This document shows, piece by piece, positions 62,692 to 64,000 of a stretch of 64,000 nt of DNA. Source of the DNA: Oligoflexales bacterium (GTDB lineage: Bacteria; Bdellovibrionota_B; Oligoflexia; Oligoflexales; CAIYRB01); the NCBI GenBank assembly GCA_041736175.1, contig JBGSUI010000056.1, forward strand, positions 64,001 through 128,000. Direction: 5' to 3'. The notes below the pieces were generated by a model. The model ran no database searches and was not told the origin of the DNA. It saw only the letters and a program-made list of their open reading frames with translations. Position 1 is the first letter of the stretch; each line of letters begins with the position of its first letter. The translations under genes were made by a program, and so were the position numbers.

Positions 62692-64000
62692 ATGATGACG
62701 CGTTTGTTTCGATTGCTACGTTTACCAGGAAGTAAGGGAGTCGTTTTATGGATGTCGTTGCTCTCTCTATGGAGTTGTGCTCCATCGGTGAAGATTGAGG
62801 AGTTTCCAGACACAGCGAGTGCTTCGGAAGAAGTTCAACGCTTGGCGACGGACATAAAAAATGCCGAAGGCCGGCAAGTTGATGTCTTTGCTCCTACTGC
62901 CTTTAAAGAGGCGACCGCTAGCCTAAAGGCAGCCATAGAGAGGCAAAAAGATGGAGATGACGCCAAAGATATTCTTCACGAGGTTGCTGTGGGGCGCGCG
63001 TACATTGACCAAGCAAACCGGTCGTCAGAGGCCTCCCAATCCAGTCTTTCTGAAATATCGTCGGCTCGATTGGCCGCCCTTAAGGCAGGGGCAAACCTCT
63101 ACTATCCAAAAGATCTAGAAGCCGTGGATAACAAGCTTCGGACGATCACCAAAAGACGCGAAGCCAAAAACGTTGAGCGGGATGACGAGGCCCTTAAACT
63201 ACTCCAAAAAGACTATCTCGATGTTGAGCTGAAGTCGATCAAACAGGCCAATTTAGGCCCAGCTCTCCAGATAGTTGACCAGGCAATCACCGAAGGGGCA
63301 AAAGACAATGCCAAGCAAAGCCTAGCAGTCGCCGAAAAAAGCATCCGCGACGCGGAGTCTTTTATCATTGCTAACCGCTATAAAACCGACGAAGTAAAAG
63401 CCCAGTCCGAAAAAGCTCTCTTTGCGGCCAACTACCTCCTTAAAATCACCCGTGCCTCGAAGGTTGCAGAAAACATCTCTCCCGAAGAAGCAGCCATCAT
63501 GATGGAACGGGAGCGAGCTAAGACTGAAGAAGAGCGTTACAAAGTAGAAGCAGCCCAACGTGCCACGACTGTGGTCGCTGGAAGGGTCCAAGATTTAGCA
63601 TCAGAAAAGGAGTTCAATGCGCAGTTTGCCGAGGCAAGCGCCGAGTTTTCCAAAGACGAGGCTGAGGTTTACCGCCAAGGGGACAAACTAGTGATCAGGT
63701 TAAAAACCCTTGAATTTCCTGTCAACCAATCCGTGGTCCAAAGCTCTAACTTTGCCGTGTTGGGCAAACTTGGAAAAGTCATCGGTGACTTTAAAAATCC
63801 AAGTGTCTCCGTGGAAGGTCATACGGACTCAACGGGAAAGGCTGCCCGCAATAAAAAGCTATCCATTGACCGGGCTCAAGCGGTGGCTAACTATTTCATA
63901 TCAAGCAATGTTATCGATCCTTCCCGTATCAGTGTTGTGGGCTGGGGCTCTGAACGGCCGCTTGCCTCTAATAAGACCGCCGCTGGCAAAGCCCAAAACC
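62692..64000 (+). CDS. OmpA-family peptidoglycan-binding lipoprotein, 3' partial, absent from the ORF track
   Basis: GGAGG RBS, ATG 62692, lipobox LWSC, helical middle, C-terminal VEGHTDSTG....N..LS..RA.AV..Y....G.G...P.ASN.T..G.AQN running off the window end. Confidence 0.9.
   Translation, partial: MMTRLFRLLRLPGSKGVVLWMSLLSLWSCAPSVKIEEFPDTASASEEVQRLATDIKNAEGRQVDVFAPTAFKEATASLKAAIERQKDGDDAKDILHEVAVGRAYIDQANRSSEASQSSLSEISSARLAALKAGANLYYPKDLEAVDNKLRTITKRREAKNVERDDEALKLLQKDYLDVELKSIKQANLGPALQIVDQAITEGAKDNAKQSLAVAEKSIRDAESFIIANRYKTDEVKAQSEKALFAANYLLKITRASKVAENISPEEAAIMMERERAKTEEERYKVEAAQRATTVVAGRVQDLASEKEFNAQFAEASAEFSKDEAEVYRQGDKLVIRLKTLEFPVNQSVVQSSNFAVLGKLGKVIGDFKNPSVSVEGHTDSTGKAARNKKLSIDRAQAVANYFISSNVIDPSRISVVGWGSERPLASNKTAAGKAQN

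Noticed and set aside
62625..63591. Minus-strand ORFs 62625..62813 and 63322..63591
   Set aside because: Antisense to the OmpA-family gene starting at 62692

Overview
Bacterial chromosomal window. Gene content (transglutaminase-elicitor lipoprotein, short OPX plus beta-barrel EPS export, many secreted lipoproteins) suggests a Bdellovibrionota/Oligoflexia- or myxobacteria-like organism; this is inference only. Positions 1-~22.74 kb look like an accessory island abutting the 3' end of tRNA-Ser(GGA) (22747-22834, minus strand), with an IHF consensus site and short direct repeats at the junction. The island carries (i) an APH-like kinase and a GC-rich metallophosphoesterase; (ii) a cluster of Sec-signal, mostly coiled-coil proteins ending in a PT-TG + EndoU (CdiA-CT STEC_O31-like) toxin and its CdiI-like immunity gene, with no recognisable CDI, T6SS, T7SS or Rhs delivery module, which is the best candidate for an undescribed system; (iii) an ISAs1 remnant; and (iv) a defence block: type I RM (hsdM, GmrSD-like gene, hsdS, hsdR), a DUF4209/HEPN gene coupled to hsdR, a TIR-like protein and a trypsin-like protease. 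The remaining ~41 kb is core-like: ridA, recJ, a zinc metalloprotease, EPS genes, a CHASE2-cyclase-PilZ protein, an Opp/Dpp ABC transporter, hutF/hutG, a sulP-dabA-dabB inorganic-carbon uptake operon, a triheme FN3 protein, DUF1328/csbD and a partial OmpA lipoprotein. No CRISPR array or rRNA was seen. All family assignments come from motif recognition, not database searches.
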